Positions 1-12,690 of a DNA stretch of 64,000 nt are shown piece by piece. Positions within the stretch are counted from its first letter, which is position 1. Each line of letters starts with the position of its first letter. Under the pieces are notes generated by a model, which saw only the letters and a program-made list of their open reading frames with translations, made no database searches and had not been told where the DNA came from. This stretch comes from Octopus bimaculoides (taxonomy: Eukaryota): contig NC_069005.1 of NCBI RefSeq assembly GCF_001194135.2, positions 33,001,772 to 33,065,771 on the forward strand, in the 5' to 3' direction. The position numbers and the translations under genes are program-made.

Positions 1-2762
1 CGTCAAGAGTCTAAGCGAGAGGTGGTGGTAATGAAGGTGAGAGTGCGTGTGTGTGAGTGTGGTGGGTGCAATGGCGTGTGGATAGCATTGACAAAAGCGT
101 CCGAGAAAATAGTAGCGGTTCTATGTGATGGTAAAGCAAAGCAGTCAGGAAATAACATTAAGCAGGCGAAAGAGAGGTAGGAAGAGGAAGGGGGGGGGGG
201 AAAGTGAAACGGTTGAATGAGGGCGGTGTCGACGGCAGCGAAACAGCTAGGTCAAAGAGGTGTGGGGGAGCAAGGAGAAACAGAGAGAGAGGAGGAGGAG
301 GAGGTTAGAAAAGACAGAAGACAGCAATCCAAACAAGAAAGAGAGAGAGAGAAAGCCAACAGACATGGATACAATGACTAGAGCAATGCTACTAAACAGC
401 GGTGTCATTATCATCGCAGTAGGCTTTTTATTTATTATTTCTTCTTCTTCTTCTTCTCCTCCTGCTGCTGCTGCCCTTGGGCTTCGAGACGTAACGAGTT
501 CGCTAACAGCGCACCCACCCACCTTACAACAAAACCCATTTTTCTATCACACCGTTTTATATATATATATATATAGAAGAGAAAGGGGCTATCAACATCA
601 CAACCACCCGTATACCCTCGCCCCCTTTCTATAAAAAAAATTAAAACCTCACACACTTCATGCCTATTTAAAAAACACTTTTTATTTCCTACGTGGCGAT
701 AGGCGGCAGTAAGGGGTTGGGGGAGAATAAAGGGGGCAAGCCAGTCGTAACCCGGGTCTTATTTTCATTTGGAACCTCTTTCGCTTATTCGGCAAGGCAT
801 GAATATCACAACTTCACCATCTTACTTGCTTCTGAAACATAGGTACAAAAAAAAATTGCTTTTCTTTTTCTTTTTGGGGTTTCTATTGAAGAAGAAGAAA
901 AAAACTAGAAGGGAGTGAATATTTATTTACAAACGCCTGTTTAAAAAGTAAAATTGTATCAACGAAATTGTTAAAAAGATACAAGCAAATAACAAGAGAG
1001 CAACAACAACAACAACAACAAAAAGGCGCCTGTGTGTGTGTGAGAGAAAGAAAGAGAGAGAGAGGGCTAAGTAAGTAAAGTGGTTGGTGTACATTCCAAC
1101 AGTGAGTAAGAAGAAACGTCATTTGTGTATAGGCAGCCATCAGCCAGCCGATACTTCCTCCATTGCACACAGGAGTGAGTGAGTGATACAACACCCACGA
1201 GAGAGCAAAGCAAGCAAATATAGCTAACGGAACTACCGACACACGAACAGATTTCACAAGAGATAGGGAAAATAGAGAGAGAGAGAGACAGAGGGAAGAA
1301 GGGGAAAAAATGGAATGAATAAAGAACGAATGAACGAAATAACATTAGAAGCAAGATCTCGCCATGTCAGCCGTGCCTGCAGTGAATAAAGAAATTAGAC
1401 GATCGCTGTAAAGGCTAAGGGAATAAAAGTGAAATATACTTAATCCATTACAGCCCTTTACACACACACACACACAGCTGGTTTGGAGGAGGGGGTGAGG
1501 AGCAGTGAGAGAAAAGAGAGAGGGAGAGAGGGAACATGAGGATGACAAAAACACGGGGAGATAATGCTGTTTTGTACTGAAAGGTTGATGCCTATTGATA
1601 AAACAACAGATATGAATGTCTATTATAGCTACAGTATGGAGCATTAAGGAATCATAACCTCTTAAATAGGTCAATTCGTTTTCATTAACTAATATAAGCG
1701 AGTTTTGGGTGGAAATTCAGGGGAGAAAAAAGTAGATCCACGATTTAATAAACAAAAGAAACAAATTACACACACAATTATTTTATATGTATATATAATT
1801 TGTTTCTTTTGTTTATTAAATCGTGATATATATAATATTTCCTGAATTATATACGTGCAGCCTTCGATTTCTTTTTTACTTTTTTTTTTAAAGGGTTTCT
1901 TAACCCAATTTTTACATATTATAGCTTATAGCTTTATGTGTATGCTTCGAGATTTTATATATATATATATATATATATATGCGTGCATGCATCAGTAAAC
2001 ATTAGGCGTGAGTGTTCTCGTGTTTAGTGGTAAAACCGAAATAGCAGGCTGACATTGTATTGATAGAAAATGACGGTAAACTCGAAATGTAATGGAAGGG
2101 TGTTGGTTGGTGTGTGTGTGTGTAAGGGAAGCTGGTGTCGGAAAAGTGGGTGTGCAAGATGAGATCTTCACGACCACATGGACAGGCTGTGCGCAGCCAT
2201 ATTTAAACCCCCACAATGCAACACGACGCCAAACCTGAGAAAGCAATTTGTTCCAAAGCTCGAAATGAGCAGCTTCCGCACACTGTACCTTTTAGACAAT
2301 AGCAGTAAGACGGTAGTTAGTAAAGAATTAAAAATGAATAAATATTAATATATAAAAGAAGAAAAAACATCTAAATCAGCCATTATAATTTCACGCTGTT
2401 CATAAATATATCATCAATACACTTGTTTTCGCTGAGACTTGATCTGTTTATTGTACGATCGGTATTAAATAGTCGATTAAATATCGTTACTCAAGATATT
2501 GGAATACATAAAGAAGCGACCTTAGTGATTATCTCTTATTTGTTTAATTGTTTTATAAGATGTAGTAGGTAGGATATTAAAAGCGATTAAATTAAAATCA
2601 GAAATCGTTCCTCTCTTGCAACCATATTTCTAAATCTGATTTAATGACAATAAAAAAAGAAATTATATCTACATATCCTCGGTCAAGTACAATTTACGTT
2701 TATTCAGCTAAACATTTGAAATTAATCCGCCTTAATAAGCTGTTTTACAATAGCTCTCCTCG

Positions 2763-2804
<42 letters not shown>

Positions 2805-3700
2805 CACTACAACAACTGCAACACGATGGTTGAAAAGCAAAGTGTGCGTAAGCGTGCTCGGGCACTCATACACACGTACATCGTTGAAAAGTGCAACAAA
2901 CATGCTCACACGCTGACATCAAGAATCTGCCTATTGGAGGTGGGAGTTGGTAAGGACTTGGCAGTTTGAACATGAGCAATGGAGTCAGAATGAGGAGGAC
3001 TGAAGGAAAAGGTGGTGGTGGTGGCATTGAGAGAAACAAGGAAGAAGAGATAGGTAACAGCAACTGCTGACGGCACACACACACACACACATTAAATACG
3101 TGAGGAGAGAGAGAAGGTGGTGGTGGTGGAAGAGATAGTGATGGAATGAGAGAGGAGAAGGAGGAGGAGGTACTTAGACACAAAATTACGGAAAATTACG
3201 AAATAGAAGAGGACAAGAGCGAATAGGATGGCGAAAAGGCGGTTTTAAATAACTCTACATCGTGAAATGGATGGCAGAACGGATGGAAATGCCTTCACCA
3301 TAAATAAAATATACGGATAGCAACGTCGAATTCGTCACAAATATATACACACATATTTCGTGTGTATATATATATACATCGAATTGAATTTTAAAATAAA
3401 AGAGAGAGATATAATTAAATAAACAAGCTTATATAATTAGTATAATTGTTTCAGAAAGCCAAAAAAAACAATCATCCCCTCAGCCTCTCACTCACGGCCA
3501 TTCCTATGATACCCCCACCTCTATATCGTTATCTCTCTTCTCTCTATCGTACACACAGTAAATAAATAGCTGAATAAACATCATTTCATTTTCAAATCAA
3601 CGTTAAAACAATTATTCTCAAAGTTTCCTACTAGAATGACCTCACCACGACCACCACCATCATCATCATCACTATTATCATCAACTCCGACAACTATGAC
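1..3700. promoter_or_regulatory. Second CpG-retaining, GA/CT-skewed island (promoter-like) inside presumed MED13 intron 2
   Basis: CG is frequent (e.g. 7 in 2161-2320). Minus-strand ACATGGCG (1360-1367), AATATGGCTGC (2193-2203) and CGGAAG (2273-2278). The plus strand is purine-rich. Confidence 0.4.
1739..1825. repeat. Perfect 30-bp inverted repeat with 27-nt spacer
   Basis: cacgatttaataaacaaaagaaacaaatta (1739-1768) is the exact reverse complement of 1796-1825. Confidence 0.95.
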
Positions 3701-3789
3701 GACCTTAGTCACATGAGATGGTTTTAATAATCATGAAGCAATAACCTAGCTTTTTAAATGCTCTTAAAACTTAAAACTGTCTCAGATTA

Positions 3790-3792
<3 letters not shown>

Positions 3793-3846
<54 letters not shown>

Positions 3847-3868
3847 ACACACACAAACACACACACAT
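3793..3868. repeat. (GT)26 directly followed by (AC)n: self-complementary microsatellite
   Basis: Read directly. Representative of the many (TA)n, (CA)n, (GA)n, (ATT)n, (CAT)n and (ATCT)n tracts across the window. Confidence 0.9.
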
Positions 3869-4189
3869 ATAAAGTGCGCTTGACACCTGAGACAAAAACT
3901 GATTATAGTTAATGAACCTGTTCATTTGTAAAATAAAAATGATTTTTCAATGTTATTAATACAAGGAAAGGGGATCAGCGATTTAATCGCTTTAAGTGCG
4001 AAAACAACTAATGTACTTAAAAACGACATCAACATAAAAGATTTTTGTCAAGGTCCTTCTTATTGTCACCAGCATTTTCTCGGGTGAAAGAAATTACACG
4101 GACGGGTGGGTCTGCACAAGAAGTATTAATTAAACCAGCACATTCTACATAAAAACGTTACGTTAACCACAAGGCCAGGGGCTTCTTTA

Positions 4190-4580
4190 GGACGGGTGTG
4201 AGGAATAGGGTAGTGCAGTCTGTCCAAACAACAATGCCATTTTTGTAAGGAGAAACAGACCATAAGCAGACTGTATCAATCCCAGGACATAACTGGTACT
4301 GGCAAGCATAGATGTCATGGAAGGTCCAAGCAGGATTTTAAATGTACCAACACTATTGCTCTCAGAGCAACAAAGGAACATTTGCATGGTCCCCTCGACC
4401 TGCTAGACATCGCTCACAAATCACACCCTTTGCACAATGTAATAGGGGGATACACAGAAGGACAAGATGGTCACACAGTTGAAATGATTTTGGTCATAGG
4501 TCTGCTAAATCAGGCCTGGCAGATTTTTTATCTCTGACATATTTGGCTCTTAACACTGCACCACACCTAAAGATCATGCA
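4190..4580 (+). mobile_element. Possible second Hero-like relic (zinc knuckle to pre-RLE region)
   Basis: CHFCKEKQTISRLYQS...GKHRCH...TEGQ...GLLNQAWQI loosely follows CxxC...TLEHILS.C...GRYxWRH...GLL.TA.DW. Heavily decayed. Confidence 0.35.
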
Positions 4581-4904
4581 TCAACATGCTGCTCCCACCA
4601 CCACCACCACCACTTCTAAATGGTCTCTTCTCCAACCATTCTCTTATCCTCCGGGTTTTCCTGCAATTCACCAAATCCACCGTCACAATTACAACCTCAA
4701 TCATTGACCAGCAATTGGTCAGTTAACGCCAAACTAACTAAACTAGTTGGTTCCAATGAAGCACCGCTTTCAACATGTAACCAATATTCCAAATGGAATA
4801 GAATTCGTCTCCCAAACCTGCCAAAGACAGTGACTTCTTCCTTAGAATATTCAAATCTCTCCCCACTCAACGTTACAGTATTTAACCTGGAGCACAACTT
4901 CTTT

Positions 4905-5035
4905 GGCCAGCAGAGTTAGTAGAGCAACAGAATGGCTTGCTTTGTGGTGGTTATCCCAACTCTCTACACTCTGATTTCAAATCCTGCCATGGTCCACTTT
5001 GCTTGCCATACTTTCGGTGTAGTCAATAAAAGTTT
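4905..5035 (+). mobile_element. Highly decayed S1 SINE
   Basis: ctctgatttcaaatcctgccatggtccactttgcttgccatactttcggtgtagtcaataaaag resembles the S1 B-box plus core. Confidence 0.45.
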
Positions 5036-5886
5036 CACTCTACTTCTGTGCAGGAACTGATTATCTTCTTTCATTATTTCTTTTTTGTGTGTGTTTTTCT
5101 TTCTTTCCGGAACAAAACAGCTTTAGTCCGACTAAGACAGGTATGGGAGCCGCTAAGATCTAAAACGGTGCTCAATCAGCACCCATGTGACCCCTGGTGG
5201 TCTCCATATAAGATTGGGGGGGGGGGTCCACGTATGCAAAATAATAAATTGAGAATCCACAAGTAGTATTTTAAGGGTTCATGAAAATTTTTTACTTTAG
5301 ATGTATTTATTGCAAGAAATAGTCACATTCCTTTCTCTAACGTTTTACATAGTTTAACATGTGAGAAACAAATTAGGAATTATGAAAGAATATCAATAAA
5401 ACTAGTTTTGAAACATCGGATAGGGAAGGGGAAATCCACCTGAATAAAAATAGTTTTTTAAAAAAACAAAAAAGGGGGGGGGGGCACAGAACCACTTAAA
5501 GATGCCTATCAAGGAGTTGAAGATGTAAGGTGAGGTAAAAGTAGTTTAAAAGAGACTATAAAAGTAACAGGTAATGTGAGTTTTTAACCTGGGCATAAAT
5601 CCCATCATTTCAGAGGTGGAGCTGTAATCAAAATAGACTGCAAGACTTGACTGGTTCTCATTTCATCAACATCAGAAGGTACCAAGTCTGCTATCACCCT
5701 GCACCAATTAAATATCCCATTTCCACTGGATTCATCTATCTACAACTGGTACACCAACTATCTTAATAGTGAGAGGAGTGACACAGGCAGCTGTAACATT
5801 CCAAGATGTGTTGTAATTAGTTCACTGGCAACTTTCTACTCCGTAACACTCGTTACTAATACAGAATAAAACATTTTACACACACA

Positions 5887-6103
5887 CAGATCAATATCTC
5901 AAACACTATCAACCATTGAGATCAATATTTCAAACACTATCAACCATAGAAATCAATATTTTAAGCACTATCAACTACAGAGATCAATATTTCAAACACT
6001 ACCAACCTTAGAAATCAATAATATCAAACACTATCAACCACAGATATCACCATCTCAAACACTATCAACCACAAAGATTAATATTTCAAACACAATGAAC
6101 CAC
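5887..6103. repeat. 31-bp minisatellite, about 7 units
   Basis: Consensus ~agatcaatatttcaaacactatcaaccayag. Unit anchors at 5889, 5920, 5951, 5982, 6013, 6045 and 6076. Confidence 0.9.
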
Positions 6104-6731
6104 CATATTCTAGTCCTAAACAGATGACTCAACATGCCGCCGCCGCCACCACCACCACCTGGTTTTTGAGTGCCTTTAGTGGAGATCAACCCTGTTGCAA
6201 GCAGTCTAGTCTTGTGCACACACACACCCCTTTTTTTCTTTTTTTTGTCTGGCATCAGTCACATCAATCTCAGCCTAGGAAAGCCTGCAAAGGTCACTAC
6301 CACTGCTCCCATCTCTCCCTCCTCCGCACCCACTGCCCACTCCGCAACCATCTTCTCCTTCTGACTAATTTATAGCAATGCAAACAAACAAACAAAATGA
6401 CCTGCAAAAGCAGAAACAGCTCCTACATCCTGGTTAGATAGATGACAGTTCAAAATGACAAAAGTAGCAATGGAAATATTCACTAATTATCACAACTAGT
6501 TATCCCGTGATAGTAAAACCAAGTTACAAACAACTAGAAAATAAAGATAGAACTCAAACAAAACTAACCACATGCTTTCAGATTAGTTATTTACAAACTG
6601 GAATATCTGATAAAAAATAGTATAACAACCTGAACGACAAGGTGGGAGTGGACTGATCAAACTTAACTTTTTAGCATTTGAACTTCAGTCTTACTTTCTT
6701 TTTTTTTTTTTTATCACTGTTGTTATTTTTG

Positions 6732-6919
6732 AGGTGGTAAGCTGGCAGAATTGTTAGCAGGGTGGGTAAAATGCTTTGCAGCATTTCTTTCAGTTATTCA
6801 CATTCTAAGTTCAAATCTTTTCAAGTTCAACTTTACCTTCCGTCTTTGCAGGATTGATAAAATAAAATACCAGTTGCGTGCTAGGGTTTTGGACCAAAGA
6901 TTAGAAAACATTAGCTTTA

Positions 6920-6956
<37 letters not shown>

Positions 6957-7335
6957 GGTAGTGAGCTGGTAAAATCGTTAGCACACATGCTTAGTAACAT
7001 TTCCTGTCTTCACATTCTGTGCAAATTCCACCAGGGTCGACTTATCCTTTCAGGGTCGATAAATTAAGTACCACCGGGGTCAATGCAATCGACTAGTCCC
7101 CTTCCCCCAAATTTCAGACCTTATGCTTTTAGTAGAAACATTAGCACATTGGATGAAATGCTTAGTGGCATTTCCTCCAGTTCTTTACTTTGAGTTCAAA
7201 TCCTGTTTAAGTCAACTTCACCTCTCATCCTTTCGGAGTTGATAATATAAAGTATTGACCAAGTACTGGGGTCAATGTAATACAACTCACTCTCCCCTCC
7301 ACTGAAAATGCTGGTTGTGTGCCATAATTTGAACC
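6732..7335 (+). mobile_element. Three head-to-tail copies of tRNA-derived SINE family S1 (core GTCAACTTTGCCTTTCATCC...GATAAA.TAAGTACCAG)
   Basis: Copies at ~6732-6910, ~6955-7139 and ~7140-7335. A-box-like TGGCAGAA and B-box-like GTTCAAAT; (ATT)n runs lie between and after the copies. Confidence 0.8.
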
Positions 7336-7384
<49 letters not shown>

Positions 7385-7914
7385 TAAATCTGTGTAGACT
7401 CAATCACATGATAGATAGATTCTACATAATGAGAAGAAAGAAAATGGAGATTAAATTGATAAATGAAAAGTCACAGTTATAAGAAATATAAAAACTCATG
7501 GAACAGAGAGAGAAAGGCTGGAGACATTCCTTAATTAATAAACACATAACTCATTAAAATTAAACAAATGAAAAAAAGGGGGAAAAAATAATAATCATCT
7601 AGACAACACTTTCAAGGACAGAGATGTTAGAGAAACTCTATGAAATGGGCCATTGTGTATTGTATTAAATAACTAATTGTAAACTCTTAGCATTTAGAGA
7701 GAGAGACCCCCCCCCCTTCCACAACCACCTGTGTCAGATATAAATGGTTTTAATAAAAGAAAAATGATGCTTTAAGAGAGGGGAAAAAAAAGAAGAAAAA
7801 GTGAAATGTCATCACTTGAAAATGTTATAGAGACTTTCAAGGCATTGGCTGTAAGTATAGAGTGGATTGTGAAAGCATGCAAGCATAGCTTTGAGAATGG
7901 AGGGGGTAGGGAAG

Positions 7915-7945
<31 letters not shown>

Positions 7946-8719
7946 CATAACAACCTAACAGCTTCTCCCCCCCCCACTTCCAGGCAAAAGGTTCCAGTGT
8001 TATTCACTTATTACACCTGACCAGTATACTGTAAACACTCTTTGAGACATGCAAAGCGAATCCATTCAGCCTTCTCAGAAAGCAAAATCCAAACAATACA
8101 ACATTACAGTACCTTTGAAGGTTTATAACATTAAACCCAACCACCCAATCTTGAAGAAGTGTGGTGGGGGTCAAGAGAGAGAGGGTTAGTGGTTAAATCA
8201 ACAGTACCATCAACACCTCAATAGAACATAACCTTAACAATATTGTTGTTGTTGTTGTTGTTATATATTGCCAGAACTAGGCTTTGCCCACAGCTACTTG
8301 CTAATTGCAACCAGATAAACAGCTGTTTGTTGCAACTGAAAGAACAGATTGGAAAATAAAAATATCTTTTTACACAAATGGATGGTTTTATTATTATTAT
8401 TATTATTGTTGTTGTTGTTGTTGCTGTTATTTTTATTATCTTGTAATAAACTATTTCAGTAAATAACCCTTACATGTTATCACTTGTGTTCTTTGGAAGG
8501 AGAGCAATGAAAATAGGGAAGTAGAGGAGGAGAGGGGGTGCTGGTAACAAATGGATTAAAATGCAGAGAAACTAAACCAGCCGCTAGAATTTATGTATTT
8601 TAGATATTTTATTTATTTATCTAATATTATTTTTGTCATCATTTCATTTCCAGGTGGCTTAAGACTACATCTTGCAAAGTTGCTTCTACCACGTTCAGGA
8701 TTGTATCATTGTTTCTAAC

Positions 8720-8875
8720 GTTGTACAAACTTTCTGCCAACTAAATTCACTCATAAGGCATTAGTTGACCTGAGGCTGTAAGAGAAGACACTTGTCCAAG
8801 GTGCCTCACTGAAACTGAGCCCAAGAATCACATGATTGCTAAGTAAACTTGTTAACAACATAGCCAGGCCTGCAC
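8720..8875 (-). mobile_element. Decayed S2 SINE head
   Basis: gaagacacttgtccaaggtgcctcactgaaactgagccc...catagccaggcctgcac. Confidence 0.65.
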
Positions 8876-8895
8876 TTTAATACTAGCGTAAAATA

Positions 8896-9192
8896 TTGGT
8901 TTCAAATTTAGGCACAGAGTCCAACAAGTTCATGGAAAGGGGCTTAAGTCAATTACATCGACCTCCAGTGCTCAACTGGTACTTATTTTATCAAACCTGA
9001 AATGATCTTTTCTATTCTAGGCACAAGGCCCGAAATTTGGGGCAGTTGGTTAGATCGACCCCAGTATACAACTGGTACTTAATTTACGAACCCTGAAATG
9101 ATGAAAAGCAAACTGCAGTGGAATTTGAACTCAGATGGGCAAAATGCCATTCAGCATTTTGGCCAGTATGCTAAAAATTCTGCCACCTTGCT
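8896..9192 (-). mobile_element. Two adjacent S1 SINE copies
   Basis: Reverse complement of the same core (cgaccccagt..caactggtactta, gaatttgaactcag) at ~8896-9005 and ~9005-9192. Confidence 0.75.
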
Positions 9193-11834
9193 TAAAATAT
9201 TGCTCTTTGACACAAACTTCTGTATCTACTCAAGTACTTCTCTAGTACAATTAAACACTACAATGTGATTTTGTCCAGCACCCGTCCAATGCTACCACTT
9301 CATTCCACAACCCTTTTTCATTCAGCAGAAATAATGTTGACCTGGACAACATTTCCTAATGAGAAAATGCTTTTTTCAGAAAAAAAAGCTCAAAATTAGA
9401 AATGAGTCCACTTCCAGTTAATAACTGGACAAAAATAGCATCAAATATTTGCACAATGATGTGACCCTATTTTGTAATTTCCTCATTTCCTAAGTTCAAA
9501 CTAACAACACACAGAAAGGAAAACCTGCATGTGAAAGAGAAAGAAAGGGGAGTTGTCACTAAATGGCCATTAATTTTAGAGAGCAATATAATTTACGATG
9601 AGTCTGGTGTTTGAAACTCCAGCAACTACATACATACATACATATATATATATATATGTATATATATACACACATATATAGATAGATAGATAGATATAGA
9701 TATATAAGTGCAGTTCACACACAGTGGTTTCTTCTTCACATTTGCACAGCTGGCTGGGTTGGTCAGCCATCCACCCAGCAAGCTAGGCCATTTCGACTGT
9801 TACATCAACTAGCAAGCTAGTTAGTTGCTAAATAAATATGTTCTTCAGATACCATTCTAGAAGAGAGGAAATTTACCAACCCACCAACCCACACATGGAA
9901 TGTTGTTAAGTACTGTTAAACCATGCACACAGCTAAAATATACCCACTTAACAAATAAGCAAATACAAAAGAAAGGGTATGTGTGAAGGGGGAGGTCACT
10001 TGAGTAATAAAGAAGTGAGGAGAGAATTTTTTTTTGAAGCATGGGGTGGGAGGGTTTCCCCCCTAAAAAATAGAAGAATTCTTTAAAATCAATTGAATAT
10101 CTTTAAAGAGACTAATAAATTAATTTATAAGAAAAACTGAAAGCATTGAATAAGAGTGTGTATAATAAGGAGAGGAGGTGGAAATAATAAATTATCAAGC
10201 TCTTGGCATAGAGCAGCCGACATTTGCTTTTGCCTTCCTTGCCAGCCAGCTCCCCCGCCCTCCACCCTCGTCTCCCGCCACTGACAATCATAAATCCATT
10301 CACCACACACACATATTAAACAGTGGAAGAAGTGAGCACCGTAACATGTTCATGTTCACACTGTTCTCAAAAACGGAGAGGGAAGAAAAGAAAAAAAGAA
10401 GAAAAAAAGGCAGGAGAAAGAGAAATGGGAAGTGCAGTGGTGTCCAATAGCACTTCTCTGCTGCTCCTTCCTTCCCTCCGTCTCACACACACACACACTG
10501 CTGCCACCACCTCCCTGCCAACTTTAATAACAGCTATGACTCCATCGCCAAGTCATCCTTAGCCTAGTAATGGCAACAACATCCCGAATTCTTCTTGTTT
10601 ATGACAGCAGTAATGGCAGATTTGGTAACCACTGCTTTAACCCAGGCAGAAATCAATATTATAAAACAAGAAAATGATGAAAGCGTGCTAGTGGCAGTAG
10701 TTATGTTCAGACATCACCAACACAGCTTTAATAGCACAAGCGTGCCATCACAAGCAGTCCTGTCCTCTTGCTGAGATACCAATAACAGAATTATTAGAGG
10801 AGAAGCACACACAAGAAAAGAAAGAAAGAAAGAAAATATATATATACGAGAAACAGAGAGAGAGAGTGAAAGAGGCTGGGAGTGGGGGGAGGGGGAAGAA
10901 TGTCAATAGAAATAGCTTAGATTTGCTGTTTCTTTTGCTTGTTATTAATCTTACTACCTCCTTGAATCTTGTCTGAGTAACTGTAGAATATGTTCGGTGC
11001 AGTAAATATTTGAGAAGCCAAGGGGGGAAGGAGAGAGGGGGGGGGAAAGAAATGAATTGGTTAAAAAAGATAATAGAGACTGGAGAAGAGAGCTGAAAGG
11101 CGTCAATAATTTCTACCCACAATGACTGCCTAATTCAGTTACTGGCTGATTACAAATACCTGACCTATATATTTATAATCTTACATTACACCAAATGTAA
11201 ATACATTTTCACTAGACCAGATGTAAATAAGATTTTTTTCTTTTTTTTTCTAAAATAAAATTAAAAAAACACAGAAATACCGTTTTCACACACAGCTTAC
11301 AAATATAATTCCAAACCATAATTAAATATACTGGAGCAGATAAAAATCTAGTTATTTGTCAGGGATTCATAAATATATAACTTAACAAAATATTTTAATT
11401 TTTATCTAAAAAAACTCAATAAATTTTACTTATGGGATAAACAGATTTTTAAAACATAAACTATCAAGTTTTGTGTTGTTCTTGTTTTTAACTTGCACCC
11501 AACCAAACAGAATGTTTCGAAAAAGTATGATAAACTAGAACAATATATGGATTAAGAGCATCACTAATTAATTTTCACTATGTAACCGTTGAAATCGTTC
11601 GGTTCAGGAGATGAACACACCCTCTCTCACTCTTGCCTGTAAAGAAGTTTGCAAGCTACCAGCCATAAAGATATAAACTCTTTAGTATGTTAGTTCACAC
11701 AGCCTAATAATACCATCAATATTATTGTAACTTCAAAGCACGGAAGCAAAGTGGCATATTAAGTACAACATAATCCACATAGAACAGAATAAGTCAATAA
11801 TTTACAATAAAAACGCTTGGGAGTCCATTATTAA

Positions 11835-11868
<34 letters not shown>

Positions 11869-11921
11869 ACACACAGTAGTAAAAGTAGCAACGGAGAAGA
11901 ACAATTAGTTCACAAATCAAG

Positions 11922-11953
<32 letters not shown>

Positions 11954-11954
11954 A

Positions 11955-12115
11955 GTACTCACTCTCTACATTCTAGGTTCTAATCCCACTGAGGTCAACT
12001 TTGCCTTTCATTACTCCAAGGTTGATAGAATAAAGTATGAGTCAAGTACTGGAGTTGATGGTAGCAAATAACCTAACTCCACAAAACTTGCTGACCTTGT
12101 GCCGAAATCAGAAAC

Positions 12116-12117
<2 letters not shown>
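11955..12117 (+). mobile_element. 5'-truncated S1 SINE between two (ATT)n tracts
   Basis: ggttctaatcccactgaggtcaactttgcctttcat...ccttgtgccgaaatcagaaacc, with (ATT)n on both sides. Confidence 0.75.
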
Positions 12118-12153
<36 letters not shown>

Positions 12154-12194
12154 GGTGAGAAAGCAGCACATGTCATCAAAGTGATGCTGGGATA

Positions 12195-12690
12195 CGAATA
12201 TATAAAGCCCAATGTACCCATCATGACCCAATGTACCCATACCTGTCAGTTAAGGGTACACCAGGCACATGAATCACAACCATATATGCAGGTGACATAG
12301 TGACATCAATATCAAGATAAACAGTGCATTATCTTGCAGGTGGAAGCTCAGTTAGAATTTTCTTCAGGTCGAGCAGCTCATTCTGCTCAATAGGTTCCTG
12401 AATAAGGATTCTCTGAGGATGATGAACAAAACATGTTTCCTGGGATGATTTATTCAAACATCAAAGAATCCCTCTCAACAAATGGCTATGATGCTCCCCC
12501 AGTACGCCTGCTCAGGATCAGAGATACACGTAACGCCAGCCACTAAAGGGACATGCTCAACTGGTAAGCAAATATGCAGTATTGAGCAGAATATTTGCTG
12601 TAGCCCAACTTTTACACCAAGACAAATCATGTACATGATATCACTTCTAATCAGTTAAGATCAAAAACCATGAGAGCCATTGCCTGGTAT
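12195..12690. mobile_element. Interspersed repeat of unknown class
   Basis: Non-low-complexity block (aaagaatccctctcaaca.atggctatgatgctccccca...) that I recall as a common octopus repeat. It has no second copy in this window. Confidence 0.4.

Noticed and set aside
2826-2870. YECPSTLTHTLLF as MED13 exon 3; also FKAVLNRL at ~15410-15500
   Set aside because: Motif spacing and flanking residues do not fit YECRTLLFKAxHN, and suitable splice sites are lacking.
4697-4897. Gypsy RT-like peptide (TVTLSGERFEYSKEEVTVFG)
   Set aside because: Short resemblance only; no YxDD or neighbouring pol motifs in the adjacent translation.
5887-6103. CRISPR-like periodicity
   Set aside because: Contiguous 31-bp units with no unique spacers, in a eukaryotic intron: a minisatellite.
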